In this document: positions 49,692 to 58,640 of the stretch, one piece after another
How the letters are laid out: every line of letters begins with the position of its first letter
Position numbering within the stretch: the stretch's first letter is position 1
The notes under the pieces: generated by a model
Database searches by the model: none
The model's input: only the letters and a program-made list of their open reading frames with translations
What the model was told of the DNA's origin: nothing
Program-made: the position numbers and the translations under genes
DNA from: Thermodesulfobacteriota bacterium
GTDB taxonomy: Bacteria; Desulfobacterota; Desulfobulbia; Desulfobulbales; SURF-16
Assembly (NCBI GenBank): GCA_040755455.1
Contig: JBFMAY010000001.1
Coordinates: 294,164-358,163, forward strand
Direction: 5' to 3'
DNA: 64,000 nt

Positions 49692-51537
49692 CCGGCAGCT
49701 CTACCGTCACCGTTGTATGATCATTTATCTGGCTTTCCAGATAAATTTCTCCATGGTGCTGGGCAACAAGTTCGCGACTGACTGTAAGCCCCAGACCAAT
49801 GCCCTCTGATGCCGGTTTTGTTGAAAATGAAGGCTCAAAAACCCTTTTTAAATTTTCAGCTGATATGCCGATGCCAAAATCGGTGAAAATCAGTCGAATC
49901 ATCTTTTTCCCGTTTTTTTCAATTTCATTGGTGCTGATCCTGATTATTTTATTTATATCCTTTTGCGAATAGCGTTCGTTGAGTGCACGGCGGGCATTGT
50001 TCAGTATGTTGAGAAAAACCTGCTGCATCTGTCGGCCATTGGTTCTGTATGGCAAGGTGGTATTGAAGTTTGTATCAACCGTGGTTCCGTCAATGCGGAA
50101 ATAGTGACTCATGAGATTGAGGGAGTTCTGTAAAACTTCTTCAATCGGGGCAAGTTCTTTTGATTGTGCATCATCCTGCCCATAGGCGAGCAGGTTTTTG
50201 GCAAGGCCGGCTATTTTTTCTCCCTCCACGATAATTTTCTTAAAAAGCTTATCCCGTTCAAGTTCAAAGTCAGGATCGCAGGAGGCATCAGCCAAAACCT
50301 GGGCATAGTTAATGATACCGTTGGTGAGATTGCTGACCTCATGGGCAACACCAGTCGACAATTCTCCAAGTACGGCCAAGTGAGAAACACGAACCATTTC
50401 CGCCTTTTTATTCTTTTCAGCAGCAAGGCACTGTTCTAACTCCTCTATTTTTGTGTGCTCTTCGGATAAATCAAGCCCCAGGCAGATTATTTGATACGTG
50501 TTATCATTTCCCTCAGGATATTTAACGAAACTGCAACGAATGTGCGAGACGGGGTTGTGTGTTTTTGTTGTCAGTGACATAGGAAAAGTTTGGCATGTCG
50601 TGGTAAGATTCTCAAGAAATTGCGTCGTGGAATTTTTTGTACCAGCTTCATTGTGCGGCATAATGAAAAAATCACACCATTGCCTGCCGATAAGCTCTGA
50701 CGGGCTGAAGCCGCATTTTTCAGCAATACTGCTGCTGATGTCAAGAATGTTGCCTTCACTAGAAATTACAGCGAAAAATCCTTTCAGCGAAGTGGCAAGA
50801 TCTGTAATGGTTTGACGGTATTGGTGCAGTTGGCTTTGCATGTCATCGCGTTGCTGCAGCAGATCAACCATTGTGCCTGTCAGAATGGTCAATTCCTGGG
50901 ATGGACAATTTATCTGAATGCTGCTGTTCTGGCCAGAAACGGCCTTGCTGCTTTTGTTGATAAGTTGCAGTAATGGAATAATCAACTGGCGATGAAAAAG
51001 GGTCAGGACTGTCACCAGCAAAAAGACGACAAAAGTGGCAGAGCCGATGATAATATTCTGAAAGCCTATCAACTTTTTTTTGGCGTTATTTACCAGCACC
51101 CGGTCAAAGAGGATGAGTCTTTCTCCAAGGGTGCGCATCTCACTGTTTAGATTGCGTTTGTTTTCAATCTCTTCAGCGCCAGATTCGATTTTTCGCAGCA
51201 GGAGGATGATGCCTGGCAGATCAATACTGTTTAAAAAAGTCAGTTTATATTCATCCCCTATGCTTTTTTCGCTCAGAATGTCTGTCAAGTTGGCGTTGAG
51301 TTTTTCCATTTCAGTAGAAATGCCGGAAAGTTTTGATTGCTGACTACCCAGAAGGGCCTCAGAGACATGTTCACGGATGATGGAATATTGAAAAATAAGA
51401 TTCTCTGTCCGTGAGATAATGGCTTCATGTTCCTGATAGAGCTGATATTGGCGGACTCCCTGGCTGAGCAAGATAACCAAGGCGGCGAAGACTGCCAGGT
51501 AAATGGTGTAGATGGTTGATTTGAGTGGAAGTGTCAT
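49684..51537 (-). CDS. Membrane PAS sensor histidine kinase
   Basis: Two TM helices, PAS, GVAHEVSNLTNGIINYAQ and HATPase. Confidence 0.9.
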   Translation of the reverse strand: MTLPLKSTIYTIYLAVFAALVILLSQGVRQYQLYQEHEAIISRTENLIFQYSIIREHVSEALLGSQQSKLSGISTEMEKLNANLTDILSEKSIGDEYKLTFLNSIDLPGIILLLRKIESGAEEIENKRNLNSEMRTLGERLILFDRVLVNNAKKKLIGFQNIIIGSATFVVFLLVTVLTLFHRQLIIPLLQLINKSSKAVSGQNSSIQINCPSQELTILTGTMVDLLQQRDDMQSQLHQYRQTITDLATSLKGFFAVISSEGNILDISSSIAEKCGFSPSELIGRQWCDFFIMPHNEAGTKNSTTQFLENLTTTCQTFPMSLTTKTHNPVSHIRCSFVKYPEGNDNTYQIICLGLDLSEEHTKIEELEQCLAAEKNKKAEMVRVSHLAVLGELSTGVAHEVSNLTNGIINYAQVLADASCDPDFELERDKLFKKIIVEGEKIAGLAKNLLAYGQDDAQSKELAPIEEVLQNSLNLMSHYFRIDGTTVDTNFNTTLPYRTNGRQMQQVFLNILNNARRALNERYSQKDINKIIRISTNEIEKNGKKMIRLIFTDFGIGISAENLKRVFEPSFSTKPASEGIGLGLTVSRELVAQHHGEIYLESQINDHTTVTVELPVN

Positions 51538-51611
51538 TGTCAGCCTTGAGATGGCGGGGGAGACAGGTGTCTCCCCTGTTTTTTATAATTACATGTGAAG
51601 GTAAACGGTGT

Positions 51612-52868
51612 TTATTTGGAATCCCCCTGCCACGTATAAAGAATAGGCAGACGATACAGAACTGCCCGGTAAACCACAATGTATGTGGCATATACGGTTA
51701 TGGCGATTACAACCTCGCGCCAGTGAGGAATTTCCTGATAAAGTTGCCAGTTAAAGGTTATCAGGGCTGTATTCAATCTGTTTAAGGCGATGCCGAATAC
51801 CGCGGTAAAGGCGGCAAAGCGAGCAAGTCCGGCCCTGTTCGTCCGAATGGCCATGGTAAAGAAAACAAGCGGCAGAATGACACCTGCAGTGATTTCGAAA
51901 ATATACAGCTGTCCCCAGCCTGAAAGAAGATATCCCCATTCATTATCATGGGCAAGTGCAACCAATTTGATAACAAGGTAGGTGATCAGGGCCATAGAGC
52001 AACCCTTGGCGATTCCCAGAGTAATCTTGTCAAGATTTTTGGTAAAATTAGCATCGCATCGCCATTGCAAGAACCATTTGCTGAGGGTGCTGACCACAAT
52101 CAGCATGGAAAGACCGCCAAATATGGAAGAGCAGAAAAAATGAAACCATTGGAAGGCCGCCGAATACCAGAGGGGATGAACCTTGCCGGGCGCATAGGTA
52201 AAGAGTGCGCCCAATGCGCCCTGATGCAGGGTGGAAAGTATGATTCCTGCAATGGTGAGACCCAATACAATACTTTTGATGAATTTTTTGGGTTTTACCC
52301 ATCCCATTAGCTCGCTTGCTGCCGGCACCAACTCAGCAACCTGCACAGAGAGATAGGTGGCAACATGCCAGGCGACCAGAAAGAGTACCGCTGCAGGACC
52401 GAGTGAAACAAACATTGGGTAAACAAGACGCCATGGCTGGCCGAGGTCTACCTGAAGAAATATTACAGCGAAGAAGTAGCCAAGCAGTCCATTTAACAGA
52501 CCAAGGCGCTCGATTGGCTTGAAATCCTTTCTGCCGAAAAGTTCTACAGTGGTTCCCATCATGAACCCGGAAGCTGATAAGGGAACCATGACAAACAGCC
52601 CCCAGCCAAGAAAGAGCCCCCAAGGATAATCATAGGAGCTGTGTGTAGCCCAGCCGAGGCCAAAAACGAAACGTCCAACAAGTATCGGAATCCCGACCGC
52701 ATAAATGATGGCAAGTATCCAGTTGAAAGGATTACGGAAAAGTTGCTTCATGTATTCCTGTGGAGTTAATCCAAGAAACAGTTTATCTTTCCATGACCAA
52801 GGATTATTGGTATTTGGCTTTATGAGTGTATCGATGGGTTGGAAGCCTTCAGCTATTAATTTTTTCAT
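51612..52868 (-). CDS. NrfD/HmcC/HybB-family integral membrane quinone-interacting subunit
   Basis: YPWGL, DLGQPWR, LSTLHQGALG and HPLWYS motifs; about 10 TM helices; AGGAGG RBS before ATG 52868. Confidence 0.9.
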   Translation of the reverse strand: MKKLIAEGFQPIDTLIKPNTNNPWSWKDKLFLGLTPQEYMKQLFRNPFNWILAIIYAVGIPILVGRFVFGLGWATHSSYDYPWGLFLGWGLFVMVPLSASGFMMGTTVELFGRKDFKPIERLGLLNGLLGYFFAVIFLQVDLGQPWRLVYPMFVSLGPAAVLFLVAWHVATYLSVQVAELVPAASELMGWVKPKKFIKSIVLGLTIAGIILSTLHQGALGALFTYAPGKVHPLWYSAAFQWFHFFCSSIFGGLSMLIVVSTLSKWFLQWRCDANFTKNLDKITLGIAKGCSMALITYLVIKLVALAHDNEWGYLLSGWGQLYIFEITAGVILPLVFFTMAIRTNRAGLARFAAFTAVFGIALNRLNTALITFNWQLYQEIPHWREVVIAITVYATYIVVYRAVLYRLPILYTWQGDSK

Positions 52869-52881
52869 TTTTCCCCTCCTG

Positions 52882-53811
52882 TTATGCCTTGGGCGACTCT
52901 TCTTGATTTGCCTGCTTCCTGGTTGACAGGAGATGAAAGCCAGTGAACAACGCTGGCCAGATGCAGAGAACCATGGGTACAATGGCAAGAAAATCCTTGA
53001 CGTAACTGATAATTGGTTCCTTGCCGAGGTGTGTATCAAAGCCGATTTCTTCAAATGGCACATCAGAGAGATACATCCACGAAGTACCACCTACTTCATG
53101 CTCTCCATAAAGGTGATCGACGTATTTTCCCGGGTTTCCCTCAATCTTTTCATGGGCAAGAGCAATTAGGTTTTTCCTTTTGCCGAAGGTCATTACGCCT
53201 TGAGGGCAAGATTCAACACATGCTGGAGGACGTCCGAATTTAAGGCGAGTGTCATAGCACATGATGCATTTTTTGACGACAGGATTAATTGGGCTTGAAT
53301 AACTGTATGCAGGAACATAAAACGGACAGGCAATCATGCATGTGCGGCAACCGACACATACCTTGGGGTTATAGATAACCGCCCCTTCAGGAGTTTTTGT
53401 GTAGGCGTTTACAAAACAGGAGGTAAGGCAAGCGGGTTCATTACAGTGATTACATTGAATTTTTCTAAAAAGCGGGTGCTCACGTCCTTCAACTTTATAG
53501 CGGTTTACCACAGTATAGGCCTTTTCTGTAGTACGGCGAGGCAATCCTCCGTGACGGTGCTCATCAAAGACGCTGTAGTCATCAAAAGGCTTATCTGGTT
53601 CAGGTAGACCCTGTTCCTTGTTGCAAGCTGCTTCACATGTGCGGCAACCTACACATTTGGTCAAGTCCACCAGCACTCCCATGCTATCAGGATAACCGCC
53701 AAAATCCCCCCCAGCAGCTGAGGCATTTTTGGCTTTGCCAGCGGCAGTGGCAGCAGCGATACCTCCTGCTAGGCTACCCTTAATAAAATTTCTCCTGTTC
53801 AATTTCTTCAT
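52882..53811 (-). CDS. Tat-exported 4Fe-4S protein (HmcB/HybA family) with a C-terminal TM anchor
   Basis: NRRNFIK; CVGCRTCEAAC, CNHCNEPAC, CVGCRTCMIACP and CIMC...PACVESCP; YGEHEVGGTSW. Confidence 0.9.
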   Translation of the reverse strand: MKKLNRRNFIKGSLAGGIAAATAAGKAKNASAAGGDFGGYPDSMGVLVDLTKCVGCRTCEAACNKEQGLPEPDKPFDDYSVFDEHRHGGLPRRTTEKAYTVVNRYKVEGREHPLFRKIQCNHCNEPACLTSCFVNAYTKTPEGAVIYNPKVCVGCRTCMIACPFYVPAYSYSSPINPVVKKCIMCYDTRLKFGRPPACVESCPQGVMTFGKRKNLIALAHEKIEGNPGKYVDHLYGEHEVGGTSWMYLSDVPFEEIGFDTHLGKEPIISYVKDFLAIVPMVLCIWPALFTGFHLLSTRKQANQEESPKA

Positions 53812-53848
53812 ATTTTCACCTATGCGTTGAGTCAATTTCGGTTAACTT

Positions 53849-54370
53849 TTAATGATGAGCTGTTTCATTGCCTGCTTTTGGTGTGTATTGTCCTGTGTTG
53901 TAAAATTTTTCGCCTTTTTCAGTCATGGCGTGACAATCCTGGCAGCCAACTGGTCCACCAGTTTCTTGGTGGCAACCCATACAATTCAGGTGAAAAGCAG
54001 CTTTGAGCCCTGGTTTTACTTTGTGGTGACGAAGTGGATTTTTTTCGCTTATTGACAGATTGGTTGAGGAAAACGGTTCGATGAGGTGGCAACTGCTGCA
54101 CGCCGGTGATTCAGCTTCGGGGCTGTTTTTGTGGCATGGAATACACGTTTGATCCTCCGGTGGGGTGCCTGCGGTGTGGTGGTGGCATAGTGAACAGTTG
54201 TTTTCAACTGCCTCTATATGCATGTCATGATCAAAGCTTACCCCCTCATACAGGTTGGCAAGGCTGCTTAGTTCAAAGACCTCTCCCTTGGCGCTTATTG
54301 GCAGGACCAATGGTGCTGCCATAGCGATGAATGCAGCAAGGCCAAGTCGTTTTTCTTTTTTAAAACCCAT
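53849..54370 (-). CDS. Cytochrome c3-family protein with 5 CXXCH
   Basis: VSFDHDMH and LKAAFHLNCMGCH class III motifs; CSLCH, CIPCH, CSSCH, CMGCH and CQDCH. Confidence 0.88.
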   Translation of the reverse strand: MGFKKEKRLGLAAFIAMAAPLVLPISAKGEVFELSSLANLYEGVSFDHDMHIEAVENNCSLCHHHTAGTPPEDQTCIPCHKNSPEAESPACSSCHLIEPFSSTNLSISEKNPLRHHKVKPGLKAAFHLNCMGCHQETGGPVGCQDCHAMTEKGEKFYNTGQYTPKAGNETAHH

Positions 54371-54474
54371 TTTCTTTCTCCTTTTGAGAATGGATGAAAA
54401 GGTCAGGCCATTCAAAAACGCGACCCTGAATTTAAAGTGGCTTGCGCCTGCAAAACCGATTTGAATAAGCTTTA

Positions 54475-54490
54475 AGCATGAATAGTGCCA
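54475..54490 (-). promoter_or_regulatory. Sigma54 (-24/-12) promoter of the cytochrome c3 / Fe-S / NrfD operon
   Basis: Minus strand TGGCACTATTCATGCT = GG-N10-GC. Confidence 0.75.
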
Positions 54491-54585
54491 ATGTGTGGTG
54501 TGTTTGTAGTTTTAGAAAATCAGTAGCGTGTCAGGGTGCGAGAAGAAAATAAAAAAATGAATAACGGCTCAATTCGGCAGGGGGG

Positions 54586-54649
54586 TGCTACACAAAAGTG
54601 TGGCAAAAAGTGTTGCATGCCACACTTTTGTAGCTACAGATGTGTGGCG
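54586..54649. promoter_or_regulatory. Clustered palindromes: candidate enhancer (UAS) and/or ftsH terminator hairpin
   Basis: Perfect 14-bp inverted repeat ACAAAAGTGTGGCA / TGCCACACTTTTGT and repeated GCYAC-N6-8-GTRGC elements, 100-160 bp upstream of the sigma54 site. Confidence 0.55.
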
Positions 54650-56470
54650 TTATGTTGGACGTGTTCGCTGTTGCTTGCCTCGCAACATTTCTTCGTTCAA
54701 CCGGCTAAGTTCCTTGCATTTTAATATGATGTTGACCTCTTCAGCATCGATGGTTTCCGACACCAGAAGTGTTTCAGCAAGTTTGTGGAGATAGGCTATT
54801 TTCCCTTCAAGAATAATCATAGTTTCCTGGTAGCAATCTTCTATGATTTTGTTGATTTCCATATCTATAGCCTGGGCTGTTTCTTCGCTGTAGGAGCGCT
54901 TTATGGAACCGGTCTGAAGAAAACTCTGGTCGGCAACGACATAGGCACGGGGACCGAGCAGATCACTCATGCCCCATTCGCAAACCATCCTGCTGGCGAT
55001 TTCCGTGGCGGACTGCAGATCACTGCTCGCACCAGTGGTAAACTGGTTGAAAACAATTTCTTCCGCTGTCCTGCCGCCCAGCAGGGTCATTACTCTGGCT
55101 CTCAGGTACTCCCTTGAGTAGGAGTGCCGGTCGTCTAATGGAACCTGCTGCGTCACACCCATTGCCCTTCCTCTGGGGATAATAGTTATTTTATGAACCG
55201 GGTCAGCTTCGGGCAGCAATTCTGCAACAATGGCGTGTCCAGCCTCATGGTAGGCCGTTACCTTTCTTTCCTGGTCGCTGATAACCATTCCTTTGCGTTC
55301 GGCCCCCATCAGTATTTTGTCCTTCGCCTCTTCAATATCAACTGTTTCGATGAAATTTTTATTTTTGCGGGCCGCCATCAACGCAGACTCATTCATGAGG
55401 TTAGCAAGCTCTGCCCCGGTAAAACCCGGAGTGCTTTTGGCAACCTTTTGCAGCGCGACATCTTTGCCCATGATGAGTTTTTTGGCATGCACATCTAAAA
55501 TCTGTTCTCTTCCTTTCACATCGGGGGGCAATATATTTACCTGCCGATCAAAACGCCCAGGACGAAGAAGGGCAGGGTCAAGCACATCAGGTCGATTGGT
55601 TGCTGCAACTATGATGACTGTTTCCCCTGATTTGAAGCCATCCATCTCAACCAGTAAGGCATTCAGGGTCTGCTCCCTTTCATCTTGGCCGCCTTGTGCT
55701 CCTGCTGCTCCTCGGCTTCTTCCGACTGCATCAATTTCATCAATGAAAATTATGCAGGGAGCGTTTTTTTTCGCCTGTTCAAAAAGATTGCGCACCCTTG
55801 ATGCGCCGACACCAACAAACATTTCAACAAAATCAGATCCGCTCATGCTGTAGAATGGAACACCCGCTTCACCGGCAATTGCCTTGGCCAGCAACGTTTT
55901 TCCTGTCCCAGGTGGCCCTTGAAGAAGTACTCCTTTGGGAATACGCCCCCCCAGTTTGGTGAATTTGCTTGAATTTTTAAGAAACTCCACGGTTTCAACA
56001 AGCTCTTCCTTGGCTTCGGGAATACCTGCAACATCTTCAAAGGTGATATTGAGTTTTTTTTCCGGTGTTATCAGGGCATTACTCTTGGTAAAGCCGCTGC
56101 CCTTTTGCTGCCGCATCAAGAAATACATCCACCCTCCCAAAACAATGATCAGCAGGAGGGGCGAAAAAAGCAAGGAGGATGTTCCCTTGGCGGGACGGGT
56201 GGTAACAGTAATGTTTTGTTTTTCAATTTTTTCCAGAATAGTTTGGATATCAGGGGCAAATGTTTGATACTGCCGGTCAAATTTGTCGGTGGCTTCAATC
56301 AATCCGCCTTGTATGGTAACTTTTATAATCTCCTTATCGTTTAACTGACCCACAAAAGTGGAATAATCAACGTAGGGAAGTTTATTTTCCGCCTTCCAAA
56401 AATTTATAGCGATGAGAACAGCCACTGCCACCAGAAGAAGAATCAAAAAATTGCGAAAGCTGAAATTCAT
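54650..56470 (-). CDS. ftsH: ATP-dependent zinc metalloprotease FtsH
   Basis: Two TM helices, [18 protein letters not shown] and HEAGH; GGAGG RBS before ATG 56470. Confidence 0.96.
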   Translation of the reverse strand: MNFSFRNFLILLLVAVAVLIAINFWKAENKLPYVDYSTFVGQLNDKEIIKVTIQGGLIEATDKFDRQYQTFAPDIQTILEKIEKQNITVTTRPAKGTSSLLFSPLLLIIVLGGWMYFLMRQQKGSGFTKSNALITPEKKLNITFEDVAGIPEAKEELVETVEFLKNSSKFTKLGGRIPKGVLLQGPPGTGKTLLAKAIAGEAGVPFYSMSGSDFVEMFVGVGASRVRNLFEQAKKNAPCIIFIDEIDAVGRSRGAAGAQGGQDEREQTLNALLVEMDGFKSGETVIIVAATNRPDVLDPALLRPGRFDRQVNILPPDVKGREQILDVHAKKLIMGKDVALQKVAKSTPGFTGAELANLMNESALMAARKNKNFIETVDIEEAKDKILMGAERKGMVISDQERKVTAYHEAGHAIVAELLPEADPVHKITIIPRGRAMGVTQQVPLDDRHSYSREYLRARVMTLLGGRTAEEIVFNQFTTGASSDLQSATEIASRMVCEWGMSDLLGPRAYVVADQSFLQTGSIKRSYSEETAQAIDMEINKIIEDCYQETMIILEGKIAYLHKLAETLLVSETIDAEEVNIILKCKELSRLNEEMLRGKQQRTRPT

Positions 56471-56825
56471 TAAAACCTCCACAGATAAATTTGGGCATTA
56501 TTTACACAATATTATCCTTTAATTTTTTGTTAAAGCAAGCTTTGGGCCTTGTTGTTGAAAAAGAATCTAGATATTAATAATTGATAGGAAAATAAAAAAA
56601 ACATGAAAAGCGCTGGAACAGGAGGAAAATATATCCGTTGATCAGCAGCATGAGCCGGAAAGGTGATTTTGGGATAATTCGCCTGCTGAGAGTTTTTTCG
56701 GTAGCGTGAAAACCGAGCTGTTTTTTTCTCGCATTACACAACCGTCGGAAATGAGGTCAGGGTGGACCTGCTCGATTACATTAGAAATAATGTTTACCGC
56801 AATAAGTGGTAGTTCATAGGATCTT

Positions 56826-58640
56826 TTAAGTACTCAGTTCGAGCTGAGAAAGGTCAATATCATATTGTCTTATTTTTCTGTACAGGGTGCTGCGGTCAAT
56901 ACCGAGAATGCGGGCGGCCTGGGCTTTGTTGCCGTAAGTGATGCGCAATGTATTTAAAATACGTTCTCCTTCGTTGTCTGACCATTCAGCGTTTTTGGTC
57001 TGCAAATTGGCTAAGGCGGCGTTTTCAGGAATATCTACACTCTCCTGGTTTTGGAGCTCAAGGGGTAGATTAGACAGAGTGATAGTTGCCCCTGAACAAA
57101 GAACGCAGGCGCGTTCAACAATATGTTCCAGTTCTCTTACATTGCCTGGCCATTTATGTTTAACAAGCTGTCCCATCGCTTGGTCTGAGATGCCATTAAT
57201 AGGCTTGTCGAGTCGTTTACTGAAACGATCGATGAATTTTTTAACCAGAAGAGGAATGTCGTCATAGCGTTCACGCAGGGGGGGGAGGATAATATCGACG
57301 ACTTTAAGCCTGTAATAAAGATCCTCCCGGAATTTACCAGCCATGACCTGGGACTTCAGGTCAGCGTTGGTTGCGGCAATGACCCTCACATCAACTTTTA
57401 TGGGCTGGTCTTCGCCAACGGGATAAAAGGTGCGTTCCTGCAGAAAACGCAGCAAACGCAACTGCATCATCGGCGAAATATCCCCGATTTCATCAAGGAA
57501 AAGAGTGCCGCCGTCCGCCGATAGAATACGTCCTTTGCGGTCTCGATCCGCCCCGGTAAAAGATCCTTTTTTGTGGCCGAACAGTTCGCTTTCCAGCAGA
57601 TTTTCCGGTATTGCCGTACAATCGACCTTAATGAGCGGCATATCTCTTCTGTGGCTTTCGGCGTGCAGAGCTTCCGCAACAAGTTCCTTACCTGTGCCGC
57701 TTTCTCCTGTAATCAACACGGTTGTGTCAACCTTGCCCACGTTTTCAATAAGGGTATAGACTGTCTGCATGGCCCTGCTGCTGCCAATTAATCTGTGCAG
57801 GCCGAATCGTTTCTCCCGCTGCTCAAGAGCCTCGAGACGGCTCACGTCCCGGGCAACAAGGACAACTCCCAGGAAATGACCGTCAGATGTGAGCAGGGGG
57901 GCCGCGCTGACCCTGAAAATGGTGACATCATGCCCTTCAAATTCAAATTCCATGCGGTGTTCAGGTACTTCAAGTTCATTTTTGAGCACTGTCTGGGCAT
58001 CAAAGCCAAAAATTTCGGCAAAAAACGGCAGTTCATCAATCCTTCCCTTCGGCTCGGTGCCTGGGTCAAGTTTCTCCAGCCACCTACGTGCTTCTTTGTT
58101 CATGTCAATGATCATCATTTCGGCATCAACGGTGACAACAAGGTCTTTGATGCTGCGGAATACGGTCTCCAGATACTGCTGATATCTCTCTTTTTCCAGG
58201 ATGAGCTGCTCATTTTCCTTGTGCAGGGCATACTGCTGGAGAGCCATGCGCGCCGTCCGTAGAAGGTTGTCTTTTTTAACGGGTTTGGCCAGGTAATCAA
58301 AGGCGCCTAAGCGGACCGCCTCAGCCGCTGAATTGATGTTCGGATAGCCAGTTACCATGACCACCGGGCATTTCCTGCCAATTTCCTTGACGCGGCGCAG
58401 AAGATCAATTCCTGAAGAACCCTCCATGACAATATCGCTGATGATAAGATCGAACTGCTGTTTTTCAAGCAGGCTCAAGGCCTCATCATAGGAAGAGGCG
58501 ACAAGTACTGGTCCGTAACCCTCTCTGCTGAGGAACATCTTGAAGGTGAGGCGCAGACTTTCTTCATCATCAACAATTAATATGGCGCTATTTTTTTTCG
58601 TCCCTTCATCCATACCGATTCTGTCAATGCTGTCCATCAT
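56826..58640 (-). CDS. Sigma54-dependent regulator (REC-PAS-AAA+-HTH)
   Basis: REC, PAS, GESGTGKE, ELFGHKKGSFTGA, WPGNVRELE and an HTH. Start uncertain (58613-58649). Confidence 0.92.
   Translation of the reverse strand: MMDSIDRIGMDEGTKKNSAILIVDDEESLRLTFKMFLSREGYGPVLVASSYDEALSLLEKQQFDLIISDIVMEGSSGIDLLRRVKEIGRKCPVVMVTGYPNINSAAEAVRLGAFDYLAKPVKKDNLLRTARMALQQYALHKENEQLILEKERYQQYLETVFRSIKDLVVTVDAEMMIIDMNKEARRWLEKLDPGTEPKGRIDELPFFAEIFGFDAQTVLKNELEVPEHRMEFEFEGHDVTIFRVSAAPLLTSDGHFLGVVLVARDVSRLEALEQREKRFGLHRLIGSSRAMQTVYTLIENVGKVDTTVLITGESGTGKELVAEALHAESHRRDMPLIKVDCTAIPENLLESELFGHKKGSFTGADRDRKGRILSADGGTLFLDEIGDISPMMQLRLLRFLQERTFYPVGEDQPIKVDVRVIAATNADLKSQVMAGKFREDLYYRLKVVDIILPPLRERYDDIPLLVKKFIDRFSKRLDKPINGISDQAMGQLVKHKWPGNVRELEHIVERACVLCSGATITLSNLPLELQNQESVDIPENAALANLQTKNAEWSDNEGERILNTLRITYGNKAQAARILGIDRSTLYRKIRQYDIDLSQLELST

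Noticed and set aside
51557..51584. Hairpin GGGGAGACA-GG-TGTCTCCCC as terminator of the NrfD operon
   Set aside because: The T-tract is on the plus strand while both flanking genes are minus, so its role is unclear.
51612..54370. Full Hmc/Qrc complex or hydrogenase-2 operon
   Set aside because: No 16-heme HmcA, HmcDEF, QrcB or hydrogenase subunits are adjacent, so only family-level calls were made.
57550..57575. GSFTGA instead of GAFTGA as a sign of an inactive activator
   Set aside because: GSFTGA is a common variant in sigma54 activators and not evidence of inactivity.
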